NCBI GenBank assembly: GCA_965285935.1
Contig: OZ260664.1
Coordinates: 48,050,001 to 48,114,000 of the forward strand
Origin: Ophelia neglecta
Taxonomy: Eukaryota
DNA: 64,000 nt
Direction: 5' to 3'
Part shown: in pieces, positions 52,801 to 64,000 of the stretch
Position numbering within the stretch: position 1 is the first letter of the stretch
Layout: each line of letters starts with the position of its first letter
Position numbers and translations under genes: made by a program
Notes under the pieces: generated by a model
Database searches by the model: none
The model's input: the letters and a program-made list of their open reading frames with translations, nothing else
What the model was told of the DNA's origin: nothing

Positions 52801-55800
52801 TCATCAAGTCCTGTGACTCATGCCTCCAAATTTCTAAATGGATCATTGGGTTATTGATTGTAAGTGCAAACAATTGGCCTTAAGGCCAAAAATTTGCCCA
52901 TTTACAATTTCTCAAACTATTCTAACATGCAGCCTTAATGAATTAAGGGACAATTATATATCTAATCATTAACTTGCAACCTTAAGGGATTAAGGGGCAA
53001 TTAGATATTTAATCATTGGCAGCATGTGGCAAAGCTCGTTTCAGTAATAATTAACATATTATTTTTTCCTGAATTTTTTGATTCGGAGGCTATTTATGGA
53101 CAAGTTTGGACTTCTGGAGCCAAGTCTGGTCTTTGCTTGACCACTAGGTCGTAATATATTTGACAATTATCACATTTTTGGTTGACCAATTTACGTGATT
53201 TCATGAACAAAAGTAAAAAGAGAAGCGCACATTGTTGTGTTTACATAGGGTAGTATTGAAGAACTGTGTACAGTGTGCAAGCTAATTGGTCATTTAACCA
53301 AAAATTACACATATATGTACCTTCAAACTGATATATAACTTTATAAAGAACCAATCTTTGTGAATTTGACATAAAAGTATAATGTTATTATGGTGGCTTA
53401 TGGAAAATCTAAAGCGCCCTTCATGCCTTGAGTGTGTGTGTCTCGTTACACCCCTAGTACTTTAACACCCCTAGTACTAGTACTTGTTGACACTATTGGC
53501 TCACATAGTGTTGCTAATAAAAATAAATTCCAGCAATAAATTCCCACATGAAAAATGATTTAGGCAATTACTTTACTCTACTAAATAGGGCCATGAGCTG
53601 CCGAGACCTTGACCCAAATAGGTTCATTGGCTCCCGAGATAGTCCTGATAGCAGCACTGATTGCTCATCAGTAGAGTTGATAGATAGTTGGTGGATTAAA
53701 TATTTAGCCTTTGTCTGAAAATTACTGCTTCGGAGGAGTATCTTTCAGCATTTCCCAGCACCAGCTGTAAGTTTAGCTGCACCTACACAGTGCCACATTG
53801 GCCCATGTCAGACATCCTTAATCTCTGTATTGGTCTTACGGTGAATGTTTCATCCAATTTAGGCCGTAAGGAGTATAAACAATTGGGTAACCTCAGTCCA
53901 GTTGTAAAATGTTCTCTTTTTTTACTCAATTTACCACAAAAATGGAAGAAAAATCTCAATAATCACCTTCAAAAGGGGGGGGTTTTAAATAACAAAAAAA
54001 CACGCATACATGCATGTCTTATGTTCTTGGTGGTGCAGGCATCTATCTGTTTTGGTGGATTTTAGATTTAAGTTTGTGTCCACATAACAAAAGCGATGAC
54101 TTGTAAAGTAAGTTCAACAATAATGGAATTCCTTTCTCAAAGCAGGAATATTGTGCTATGGTACTGAGGCCCAGAGACTGTTTGGACATGGTTCTCAGGA
54201 ACAATGTTCAAATTGAGATATGCATAAACATATAAGATATTTTGCTATTTTTCTTGTTTTTACTGTCAATATAATTACGTCCTATGTACGCAGTAGGGAG
54301 CCCTATTGTTTTCATTGAACCACAATGTCTGGGGCTGATGTCCATATTCCATTGTCCTGCAAATAAAACCCTTGCCGTTATTTTATTCCCTTTTTTGAAA
54401 AAAAGTGGGGGATATGTATTGGGCCATGACCATCGCCCTTGCTGCCATTCATTAGGCTACAGCTCGTCAACCATTAGGGCCACAGTAACTATATTCAGAC
54501 TTTGTATTTAGACATAAATTGACCCATTGATATAAATTTCGCATTATTTCAGCTACACCTGATAGAGGCTGGAAACCTCTTGTTAAACATGTGATATTAC
54601 TTCCTTTCTGAAAGCAAGGGGGTCACAAAAAGTTTTCCATATATACTGAGTTATGCTTATCAGTTTATGGGAGGTTGTTGACCCAACTTGTTTTTCTACA
54701 TGTTGGAACCAGTATGATGCTCACCCCATCCCCACAAACTCTTTACATTCCTTCCTTACTGACTATTGCAGGGGTTGGTATGTATTCAAGGGAAATGAGA
54801 TTGGTGCAGTTCTGGGCTGGTGGCTTTATTCACAGTATAAATTGAAACATCCTGATGCGGGTAAGCTTGGTCAAATAAACTAAATACTTTTAAAAATAAG
54901 ACAAGTACAAAAACATCCTACCTTTCAAAATTAAAGTTTGACTTTCAAGCTATTGATCGTTATATATTTTATAGAGAAACTTTGCCAGAGGATTAACTTT
55001 ACAAGTCATTCCATAGTTGACAGAATCCATCTTCTGGATTACATTGTTCTCGCTTCCTGTCCCAAAACTATTTTGCTGGCGCGCATTGATGTTCCAAAGT
55101 ACATGTATACTGTTAAGCACAAAGCCGAATACATGTATGTTTAGCTTCACTGGTCATTGGAGGTAGCACAAATGAAATTGCAAAGTACCTAGGGAAGTGC
55201 TTAAATATATGCTTCACATTCAAAAATGCTCACCACTAGTAATAGACAGCAAATTGTCCAGAGAACCCTTCATGATAAATTTATAGTCCAGTTATACACA
55301 ATATTTCCACTAGGAAAAACAAGGGTATTGTGAGCCACTCTAACTAAACAGAACACGTGAACTTGAAAACCAGAGATTGGAAAAGTAAAGTAGCCATCCG
55401 AGTGGGAGTTGGTATCAAAGATTTTGCTAAGTAGTATTTTATTCCCTTGTTTATGCACTAGATGGAAACCCTTGGCAAGATGCGTTAACTTTAAAACAAA
55501 TGGATGACAAGTAGGCTAACCACCTCCCCCATTCCCTACTCACTTCCTTCCCTCTCCACACTTCTGCTCCCTCTACCATCCAACTCCTCCCACTCCCCTG
55601 GGTGTCCCCCCTCCTCCACCATCATCAAACACCCGCATCCCTCCTTTACACTTTTCACCATCCCACCCCTTTCTCCATCCAACTCTTGTCCCCCCCCCCC
55701 CACTGGTCCCCTAGGACCAGCTCCTTCCCCTTATTACAGCCCCCCCCCCTTTCACTCCTGCCAACTCAGCATTCTAAAGTCAGTTGTGTAAATTCTGACC

Positions 55801-58800
55801 CTGTATACATGCACTTAGTAACATACTGACCTGGCACCTGACAATATGCAACCACCTGATGTTACTTTGATCACAAATGAGATATTCAGGGAGTGGAAAG
55901 GCAAACTGGCCAATTTTACTTAGTCACTCTAAGGAAGTGTAGTATTTCTTCATTTGATCTTTGTAGGGGAAACAAAAGCAATAAGAAAATGGATGACAAA
56001 TAATCCCTCCCACCACCCTGAACCCCTCCCACTCCTGCCCTTCTACCTCCCTCTGCCATATCTTGACAGAAATATTTTGAAGGTACCTGCAAGTCTAGAC
56101 CTTGTACTCTCATGAATATATTTATTGCCACCCTTTTTTTTAGCACATGAATAATTTTGTTCTAAAAGAAGCACATGTTGGTCTAATTGTTCAGTTTTTT
56201 AATATTTATTTAAAGAATGAATACTTTATGATCTTAGCGGACCTGTTTAATGTCTGTGCCATTTTTAGAGTGCATGCTTAACATTTTTTTTAGTTCTGCT
56301 TACATTGCTTTATTAAAAAGTTAATTATTTTGCTGACTGGGCTATTTAACTTTACAGTTTGGTTGCTGTTCATGTTCTTTGAATGACCTCTAATACATAT
56401 GAATTGAATTGGAATTTGTATGTGACGGTAAATTATTTACAGTTAATATGTGGATACCAAGATCTTCCAAGTAATGTAACAAGTAAATGTATTTAAGTTG
56501 TGCTGAGCTTGCACAACTCATTCTGGTTATTTTGATTGTGACCACATGCAGCTATCTGGCTTAAGGCTCACCGAAATAATTTGGACACAAATGTGGTTTT
56601 TGTCAGACCTAGAAATAGTAACATTTAATGGGAACTTTGGTGTCAATTCAATTTATAATGGAAGCTTAAACTTATAGTGGATGTTATTATGTTCACATAA
56701 CTGTTTACATTTTTGCAATATTAAATTCGTTTTACATCCTCACATGCCAGATGTTCATGAATAAAATCATAACTATGGCTTCACAAATGTTGTTATGAGT
56801 AGGTATGTCCTAGGGTTTGATCTTGGAGTCATTAATTTTAAATGGTGACAAGAAAAACTAAAAGTGTCTTGCTGTTTCAAATATTCAGCCTTCTCTACTA
56901 CTGTTTAGGAGCTGATGTGTACTGTCTTGCCAGCACAGTATCTTCCAAAATTCTCTCTGCAATTGCCAAGGCAGAAGGAATCAACTTTGAGGTGAGTTAT
57001 GTCTGTTAGCTTGGGTGAAAATGTACACGAGTATTTTCTAACATACAGGGAACATCATTTTGTCCACATTGCGTGTATGCTTTGAGTGATCATCTTTTTT
57101 ATCAGAACTTCCATGCTTAATAATGTGATGTGATACTATCTATCAGCTTGAATGCTTTTAGAGTATGTGTAATATATAAGTCTTTTGTTTGTCAATAACT
57201 TAAGGAAACTTTGACTGGCTTCAAGTGGATGGGAAACAAAACTGCAGACCTGTTAAAAGAATCCAAAACTGTACTATTTGCCTTTGAAGAGGCAATTGGA
57301 TTCATGTGTGGTACTACAGTGCTGGATAAGGTATAGACCAAATTTTCCAAACTTTAGATATAATGTTCATTATCAAAAGTAAATCACATTTATCTGTGGG
57401 ATGTGCATAATAATGATGGCCCTCCATGACACAGTCAAGGAGGGCGGGCAGACATAAATTACAGTGAAACCTGTCTTTGTGGTCACCTGTGCAATAAGGT
57501 CACATGTCCACTAAGGTCATTAAATAATACCCCAATCCCCATTTATGCTGTGTTTACTGACCTGACTATCAAGGTCACCTGCATAATGTGGCCAGTTTTT
57601 TCTAGTTCCTTGACTAACCCAATTAGACAGGTTTCCCTGCAAAATTTGTTTGCCTTGTGTATATTGTGGTTAAATAAACCCCAAAGGTTGGGACTTTGAC
57701 AAGTCCATAATGAAAGTAGCATTGTTGTGTAAATGCATGAACTTTTTTTGTCTTTCAGGATGGTGTTAGCGCTGCGATGGTAGCTGCCGAAATGGCAGTA
57801 CAACTACAGAAAAAAGGATTGACTCTGAAAAAACAATTAGAAAAAATCTATGAAAAGTAGGGACATTGGTGTTACATGTATTTCATACCTATTTAGCCAC
57901 TTATTTTGTATTGCTTTCTTTCATTATAAAGAAGCTAGTGACTTTATTACATGTATTAAATAAACTGTCATCAGTCATGGCTGAGACACTTCAATACAGA
58001 CTTTACTGCGTACAGGTGAAGGTCATTTCTTAGCCTTGCTAGTAATAACTGAAGCTAGTTATTTTGTAGAAACCTATTTGTTGGCTGGTGTGGAACCCGA
58101 TCTCATCGGAAATTGTCTTTAAATGGGGGACCATTATTTAATTCTCTTGTTTTGCATGTCCAGACTGACCAAACTTTGCAGGTCATGAACTGGTTCTTAC
58201 TTTATGCCCCTCCCGGAAGTTGGGGTGGGGTGGGGGGGGGGGTTATTCAGTTGTTTCTTTCTTATCTCTCTAGGCAGCTTTAAAGGTGTCCATTGTGCCT
58301 CTTTATTTTCCATGCATTGTCTGTTAGGTTTATTTTACTAATCATCCTCAAATGAAAAGTGTTGCATGAAAAACTATTTAGTTTATAATTATTTTATTGA
58401 CTAGAACCATGTTCACTCAAAAGTAATAATGACTTCATTTTGGTCCGACCATATGATCCTCAAATCCTCAAGTCTCCAATACATCTTGATGCATTTTTTT
58501 GTTATCCTATTTCAAGGAATGAGAACACAATAAAATCATGATGACCCTAGCTAGGTCAATTGGAAGGTACCGGTAGGTCGGAGGGCTTCACTTTTATTTC
58601 ATAAAATATAAATACTATATTTTATCTTACAGGTATGGCCATCATGTGTCAAGCAACAGCTATTTCATATGCCATGAGAAAGCTACCATTAAGAGCATAT
58701 TTGAACGCCTTAGAAATTATGATGGACCAGGGAAAGTATGTATACTCAGGATACATGTTTGATTTTTGCATCCCACCTTTTTAAGACAAAAACCTTGGGT

Positions 58801-60036
58801 GATATGGAATGATCTATGTAATGTTGGCACTGGCAGACAAACATGTTTACCATTCTTTCCCCTTTAGGGTGAATACAATTTGTAGCCAAATGTATGTCTA
58901 AATCAACATTGCACTTCAAGAAACAGTTCTTCTATGTTCTGATTCCTAAATTGTAGAGAATAACAAATTTAACTGTTTCAGACTGATTTAAATGTAATTT
59001 TTTGGGTAACAACTTTTAGACAAAAGAGCCTAAGGGCAAGAGAAACTACTGTCAACTTCTTTTATCATAAAGTTCTAAATGCTGCAAATTATAACTGAGG
59101 AGATTTTGATATCAAATTTGTGTCATGGCAGTGCCTCAATTGACTGTTATTCTTTATTGGTAGTACCCAAGCAGCTGTGGCCCATACCCCGTTAAATATG
59201 TGAGAGACCTTACAACTGGATATGACAACTCCAAACCAGAAAACAAGTCTGTAGGTATTACTGTTTCGAAAGATATTACACTTACTATCAATCAGTAACC
59301 TCTACTTGAATCAACTTTCTTTACTGCAAACTCTGACATTTTATATGATTTATTATTAAAGATGTACAGATTCTGCAGTGTGAACTACCTTTCAAAGGGG
59401 ATAAATTCATAAGTGTTTTCCAGGTCCTGCCTTCTAGTGCATCCAGCCAGATGATTACGTTTACCTTTGAGAATGGCTGTGTGGTGACAATGAGAACGTC
59501 AGGGACAGAGCCTAAAATAAAATACTACTCAGAGTTTTGTGCTGATCCTAGCCATGGGTAATCAATCATCATGTCCCCTATCCGTAGTAGGGGGACATGT
59601 TATTTTACACTTCTTCCAGTGTCCTGCATCCATATTCCTTTGTTGTGCAATAAAAGGAAAATGCTTGCAGTTTTTGATTCTTTTTTATGAACAGTGAGAA
59701 TATGCCAAAATTGTGTCTTGGATTGTTTAGGAGTATTATCTGAAAAAAATATGGCTGCTAGGATGGCAAAACCATTATGGTGCAAGATATGCATAACACA
59801 TGTATTGAACACTAATTGGAAGTAATATAGAAGGAATCTTTTGATGACTAGAAATTTGACCTTGATCTCAGCTTGAAGGCCTAATTATATGATCAGAATT
59901 TTCTAAATGTATTCATTGATTTCTTTGCAGGATGGGCAGAGAGGCATGTGAAGTTGAACTACAAAAAATGGTGGACTGTATTATAAGATTTTTTTATGAA
60001 CCAGAAAAGAACAACCTCATTGCCAGAAGCACCTAA
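43820..60036 (+). CDS. PGM2: Phosphoglucomutase-2 / phosphopentomutase (PGM2/PGM2L1 family), 19 coding exons, 600 aa
   Basis: Exons: 43820-43888, 45105-45204, 45911-45978, 46315-46403, 46523-46607, 46751-46834, 46956-46979, 47436-47605, 47715-47838, 48150-48215, 49064-49161, 54772-54860, 56909-56991, 57205-57330, 57759-57856, 58633-58735, 59164-59250, 59424-59557, 59931-60036 (TAA). 1803 nt in frame, all GT-AG. Motifs FGTAGLR, phosphoserine loop TASHNP, metal loop [36 protein letters not shown]. Confidence 0.96.
48561..48698. repeat. 59-bp direct duplication (period 79)
   Basis: CTTCTGAAAAAATGTCTACTATCCCTTGTTATAGAGGGGAAGCATGC occurs at 48561 and 48640. Confidence 0.85.
51901..52218. repeat. 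29-bp minisatellite ACACCATCTCACCTCATCTCACGATATTG, decaying into CATCTCATGACACTGAC units
   Basis: Units start at 51901, 51930, 51959 and 51988, followed by degenerate copies. Confidence 0.8.
57460..57641. mobile_element. Tc1/mariner-type MITE
   Basis: TACAGTGAAACCTGTCT ... AGACAGGTTTCCCTGCA, with internal GGTCACCTG repeats. Confidence 0.65.
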
Positions 60037-61678
60037 ACCCAGTGTATAACCCATCAACAGGCATCTCAAATTCACGACATTGGATATGTTGCCAAAGAAA
60101 AGTCGACTGAGTTTGTTTTAGTGTCTTCATTTGAATGTATCAAACCGGCACTAAATTTATTTAAAATAACACAAAGAATATCTCAATATATATTTCCTTA
60201 TTGCTGAAAATGGAAATATCAAATTGCATTGGCATAATAGTGAAGAGAGCGGAAATTTGATATATATATATATATTATATATATCTGCTGCCATGTGTTA
60301 AGTTCTGAACTGATCAATTTCAGATACCACCTGCTGGTATTTGGCAGTTTCATTAAAAGATTAAATTCATAAATTCACCAGCTTTAGCCTTTTGAATATG
60401 AGTTTAATTACAAGTCCTACCAACCCTTATTGTGATTTCAAAGACCTAACCATTCCCAAGCAAAAGAATCTGACTCCTATATCTACCTGTGATAACCCCG
60501 TTACTGATATTTTTGGGTGCGATTTTGGGATAGATCTAAGTTCCCACTTCCAATTTCTGCATGTTTTTTATGTGAATCTCTGTGGAGGAGAAATCACCAA
60601 AAAAATGCTTTATTATTGTGAACAAAATTAATATAATGGATCCTTACTGTTACATACCGGTGCTTTGTGCTAATTTCAACATTTTTTGTGTTTCTTTAAA
60701 TTTCTAGATTGACTATTACCATCTTGTATTTATTAATTCATGTCTTGCAGTTTCTGTTTTATTACAAATACTTTGCCATATAATTACTGCATGAACATTG
60801 TACACTTCGGTAAACTTGATTTTGAATATTATAATTTGTTAACAATTGCTCATAAGGGCTCTTCTATTTAAAAAGTGTTGGGGTGGGTGTTGGAACTGGC
60901 TTATTTTTCCCTCTCTCCCCCCCCCCCCCCCCACCAACAACATCCATATGGAAGAGCCCTAAGTTTGGTTTATCTGAGCTTAGACATTCAGGTTTTTTTA
61001 CAACCCTCCAGCCTTCTGATGTACATTAGTGAAGATCACATCTCTTATTTGACAATAATAATGTAGAAACTTTTGAAATTTTCCCAACTGTACCAAAACT
61101 GCCTAATCATTGTTTTAAAGGTCCTTCATTGACTGCTACTTAGATAAACCAGTAAATAAGTTTTTTTTTAAAGCCAAGCTAAAAAGGCTGAAGGTTTTTG
61201 TTCATTACTATTGTTAGTTTGTACTTGATTGCTATTAATGTTTTGTTAACATTGTTTCATTATTTGAATATTGTAATCATAAAGATATTATAGAATTAAC
61301 CAGATTATATTATAAAGCAAGCAGTGAAGATTTTTGCCAGTATGTGTCTAAGTAATATGTCATTGTGTTGTTACATTTCCATGAAAAATGTGATTTTTGT
61401 TCAAATCTAATTTTATACTGCCTGGACTTGGTTACCTCAATGCATTCCCTGTCGTTTTGACATGAAACTCATGTGATTAAGCATAATTGTAGGCTTGGAT
61501 CAATGCAGTACAGTATTTGAGCCAAGTACATGTATGTCTATTGTTTTGTTGTCTTTCCTGTATATGTATTTGTGCATAAACTCAGCAATAACTGTACCTT
61601 TCATGAATTAAAGTAAATACTACATGAATACAGATGAATAAGCATACATCAAAAATTGCTTTGACCATTTAATTTGTA

Positions 61679-61790
61679 TCTTTGCTCAGGGGAGCAAAGA
61701 CTTGGTTTTTGGTTATGTCTCTGTGTGTATGTTTGTGGGCAAGCTAACTCAAAAGCTACTGATTTGATTTTAATCAAATTTGGAAGGTTT
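61679..61790. mobile_element. Helentron/HINE (DINE-1-like) fragment
   Basis: Hairpin TCTTTGCTC-aggg-GAGCAAAGA, then a GT-rich microsatellite and GCAAGCTAACTCAAAAGCTACTG. Similar terminal hairpins at ~54385 and 59570-59599. Confidence 0.45.
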
Positions 61791-62723
61791 CCAATCGAAT
61801 TTAGATTGACCTGCTGTCAGTATTTAGGTCACAGTGCCATTTTGAACACTCAACTTATGAAATCTCAACTGTTTATGGTCCAATTTCAAAAATAAAGAAA
61901 CCAGACTAGACACATAGCTAATCAAGAGGAGGGAGTTTATTGGCCTGTGAACTTGAAATGACTATTAGAAGATAGAAGAATGTGGGTTTTTTTTGTTGCC
62001 AAAGAACTGCTTTACCTCTTGCCACTTGAATGTTTCGTGGCATCCATTATAATTATTTACCTACATTGTGCACAAGGGTTGAAATTCTCACATGTTTTCC
62101 TAGCTATTTCTGGTCATAAAATCCCCTTTTCTCCCAGCAACGTAGTAGTCTCCTAATGGAAGTTGCGGTTACACCGCCAGCTAACTGGGAGGATGCCTAA
62201 ATGCTAGCAACCCAAGTGTTCATTAAAGATATACATGTATCTATGTTTCTATTTACCTCATGGCGCAACCAGTGTCACCATTATTTTGCTGTTATTTTTT
62301 CCTGTCATTTATCAGAGCAAATTTGTGAATGATTAGTTACAAGGTAATTATGGTTAATTCTATGAGTAATTTTTGTAATCAGTTTTACTCTTTTCACATA
62401 TATGTACATATACCATGTGTGAATTTATCTGAATAAAGTTAGTTTAATTCCATTTACAATTGCCTTTTTCTTCTTAGCAGGATAATTGTCTCTGTTTTTA
62501 AATGATTAATTAAGCCTTCCAATGCAATATATCAAAGGGCATGGGTGAAAAATAAAGTTTATCAGGTGGCTGCATTTCATCTAAAACAATAAATGCAAGG
62601 AAAAACAACTATATTCCACTTAATAGGGGTAAAAAAATCCCTGGATTTAAAAAAAATATGTCTACATACTTTTTTGTATGGTGAGGATGAATTTTGATCA
62701 TAAATAATGCCACACACTGTCAT

Positions 62724-63382
62724 CTACTCTTCTCTAAATGAGGACAGATCCAGATCTGGAGCATGATTGAGTATAAACATATGAAGCTGTTGTCTGAATA
62801 CTTGGAGCTTCTGGTCCATCTGCAATAATTTGCACCATACACAACTCTTATCTTTATGCACACAAAAAAATACCGGTAAATCTAGTCAAACTCAATTAAG
62901 TTCAAAATTTACAAACAGCTTTAATATACAAAGCACCTTAAGTTGTAAAACACAAATGCTTCAACTGAAAGAAGATTGCATTTTTGCCTAACAATTGTAT
63001 AACTACTATTGTCTACTAGATCTCAATTTGTATCTGACCCTTAGCTAGGAGAATAACATATCTTACCTCCGGTCCAATGTACGCTCCAAGGTTGTCATCT
63101 CTAATGTGTGGAGTAGGCTTGACATTTAGCACTGAGTGTCCTTATAAAGAATGAGAAAATAACAAAGTTTTTAGTAAAGTCTATTATAATTTTCTTTAAT
63201 GCAAAAGTTATATTTGACACATTTTTATACAAGCAAGACATTTTGTATACATAATGTTTACTATTTTCCTACCAGATCTACTAGATACTGATTCCTCATA
63301 GAGAAAAATGGCCATCACTGCATTGAATTCAGTCGCTTCCTTGGATAAACTGAGCTTAGCATGTGCTTCAGTGAGGCATGAC
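62724..63382 (-). CDS. MCMDC2: MCM domain-containing protein 2 (meiotic MCM paralogue), last three coding exons (partial)
   Basis: Exons 63382-63273, 63140-63067, 62819-62724 (TAG), in frame: SCLTEAHAKLSLSKEATEFNAVMAIFLYEESVSSRSGHSVLNVKP...FRQQLHMFILNHAP...REE*. EAHAKLSL is the MCM lid motif; the short tail resembles MCMDC2 rather than MCM8/9. The 5' part lies beyond the window. Confidence 0.75.
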
Positions 63383-64000
63383 CTGGAACACAAACACAGT
63401 TGTATCAGTATCAAAATTGTCTTATTAAATGGAAGCTCTGACAGGTCTACAAAATTCAGCAAAATGAAATTCATTATAAAGTTGTATATCAAACATCACT
63501 GGCATTGGTTCTAGTTAAACCTTACTTCTTTTGTTTTGTGTAGTTGTTTTATCACAAAGGAAATCAGTTAAACCATAACCAGTCACGGACTGACCAATGC
63601 TTTCAGGCTGAGAGGGACTACTTTTAGGTTAAGTTTCTAGCACCAGATATAACATATAAAACAGTTTTACCATAGATCTATATACCAGCCCAGTGTATGG
63701 GCACAGGGGGAAAGGCCAAAGTATCTCTTTTGAAGAGCAAACCTATAACTAGGCCAATGCTGTTGGGGGGGGGGGGGCAACAGCAAGGGGTATATCCGCG
63801 AATGCATGCAAAAGTCGATTAGGGGAACATGGTATAAGGTGGAGTAGTGAATATGGTAGTTTTTAGTTGGCAGTAAAGATAACTACCTTAACTAATTTTT
63901 GTTCAGGTCATTTTTAAAGTTAACTAATTAACTTATCACACATGTTGTAGTAGGTTCCATATGACGTCAATAATATTGCAAAACGAACTTAACTAATTTT

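Noticed and set aside
55504-55829. Pro/Ser-rich ORFs in PGM2 intron 12
   Set aside because: Arise from a C/T low-complexity tract; no splice support.

Overview
AT-rich, CpG-depleted, intron-rich eukaryotic DNA from an invertebrate, most likely a lophotrochozoan (inferred from repeat types). Most entries in the ORF track are spurious because the real genes are spliced. I reconstructed four genes by hand from GT-AG junctions and frame continuity. RPS3A: minus strand, 7 coding exons, 264 aa, 5'TOP. STARD10/PCTP-like START lipid-transfer gene: minus, 7 exons, 269 aa. PGM2-type alpha-phosphohexomutase: plus, 19 exons, 600 aa, divergent from STARD10. MCMDC2: last three exons only, minus, convergent with PGM2. 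The first ~20 kb has no long ORF and looks like the 5' region of a large unidentified minus-strand gene, with several candidate alternative first/UTR exons and one symmetric 108-nt coding exon. Introns carry a 1.5-kb non-autonomous hAT element with a perfect 8-bp TSD, a full-length tRNA-derived SINE with a 13-bp TSD, many MITEs and minisatellites. I found no clearly new multi-gene system. The best leads are regulatory: alternative N-terminal exons, a recursive-splice-type exon in STARD10, a bidirectional poly(A) element between PGM2 and MCMDC2, and strong TACATGTA over-representation.
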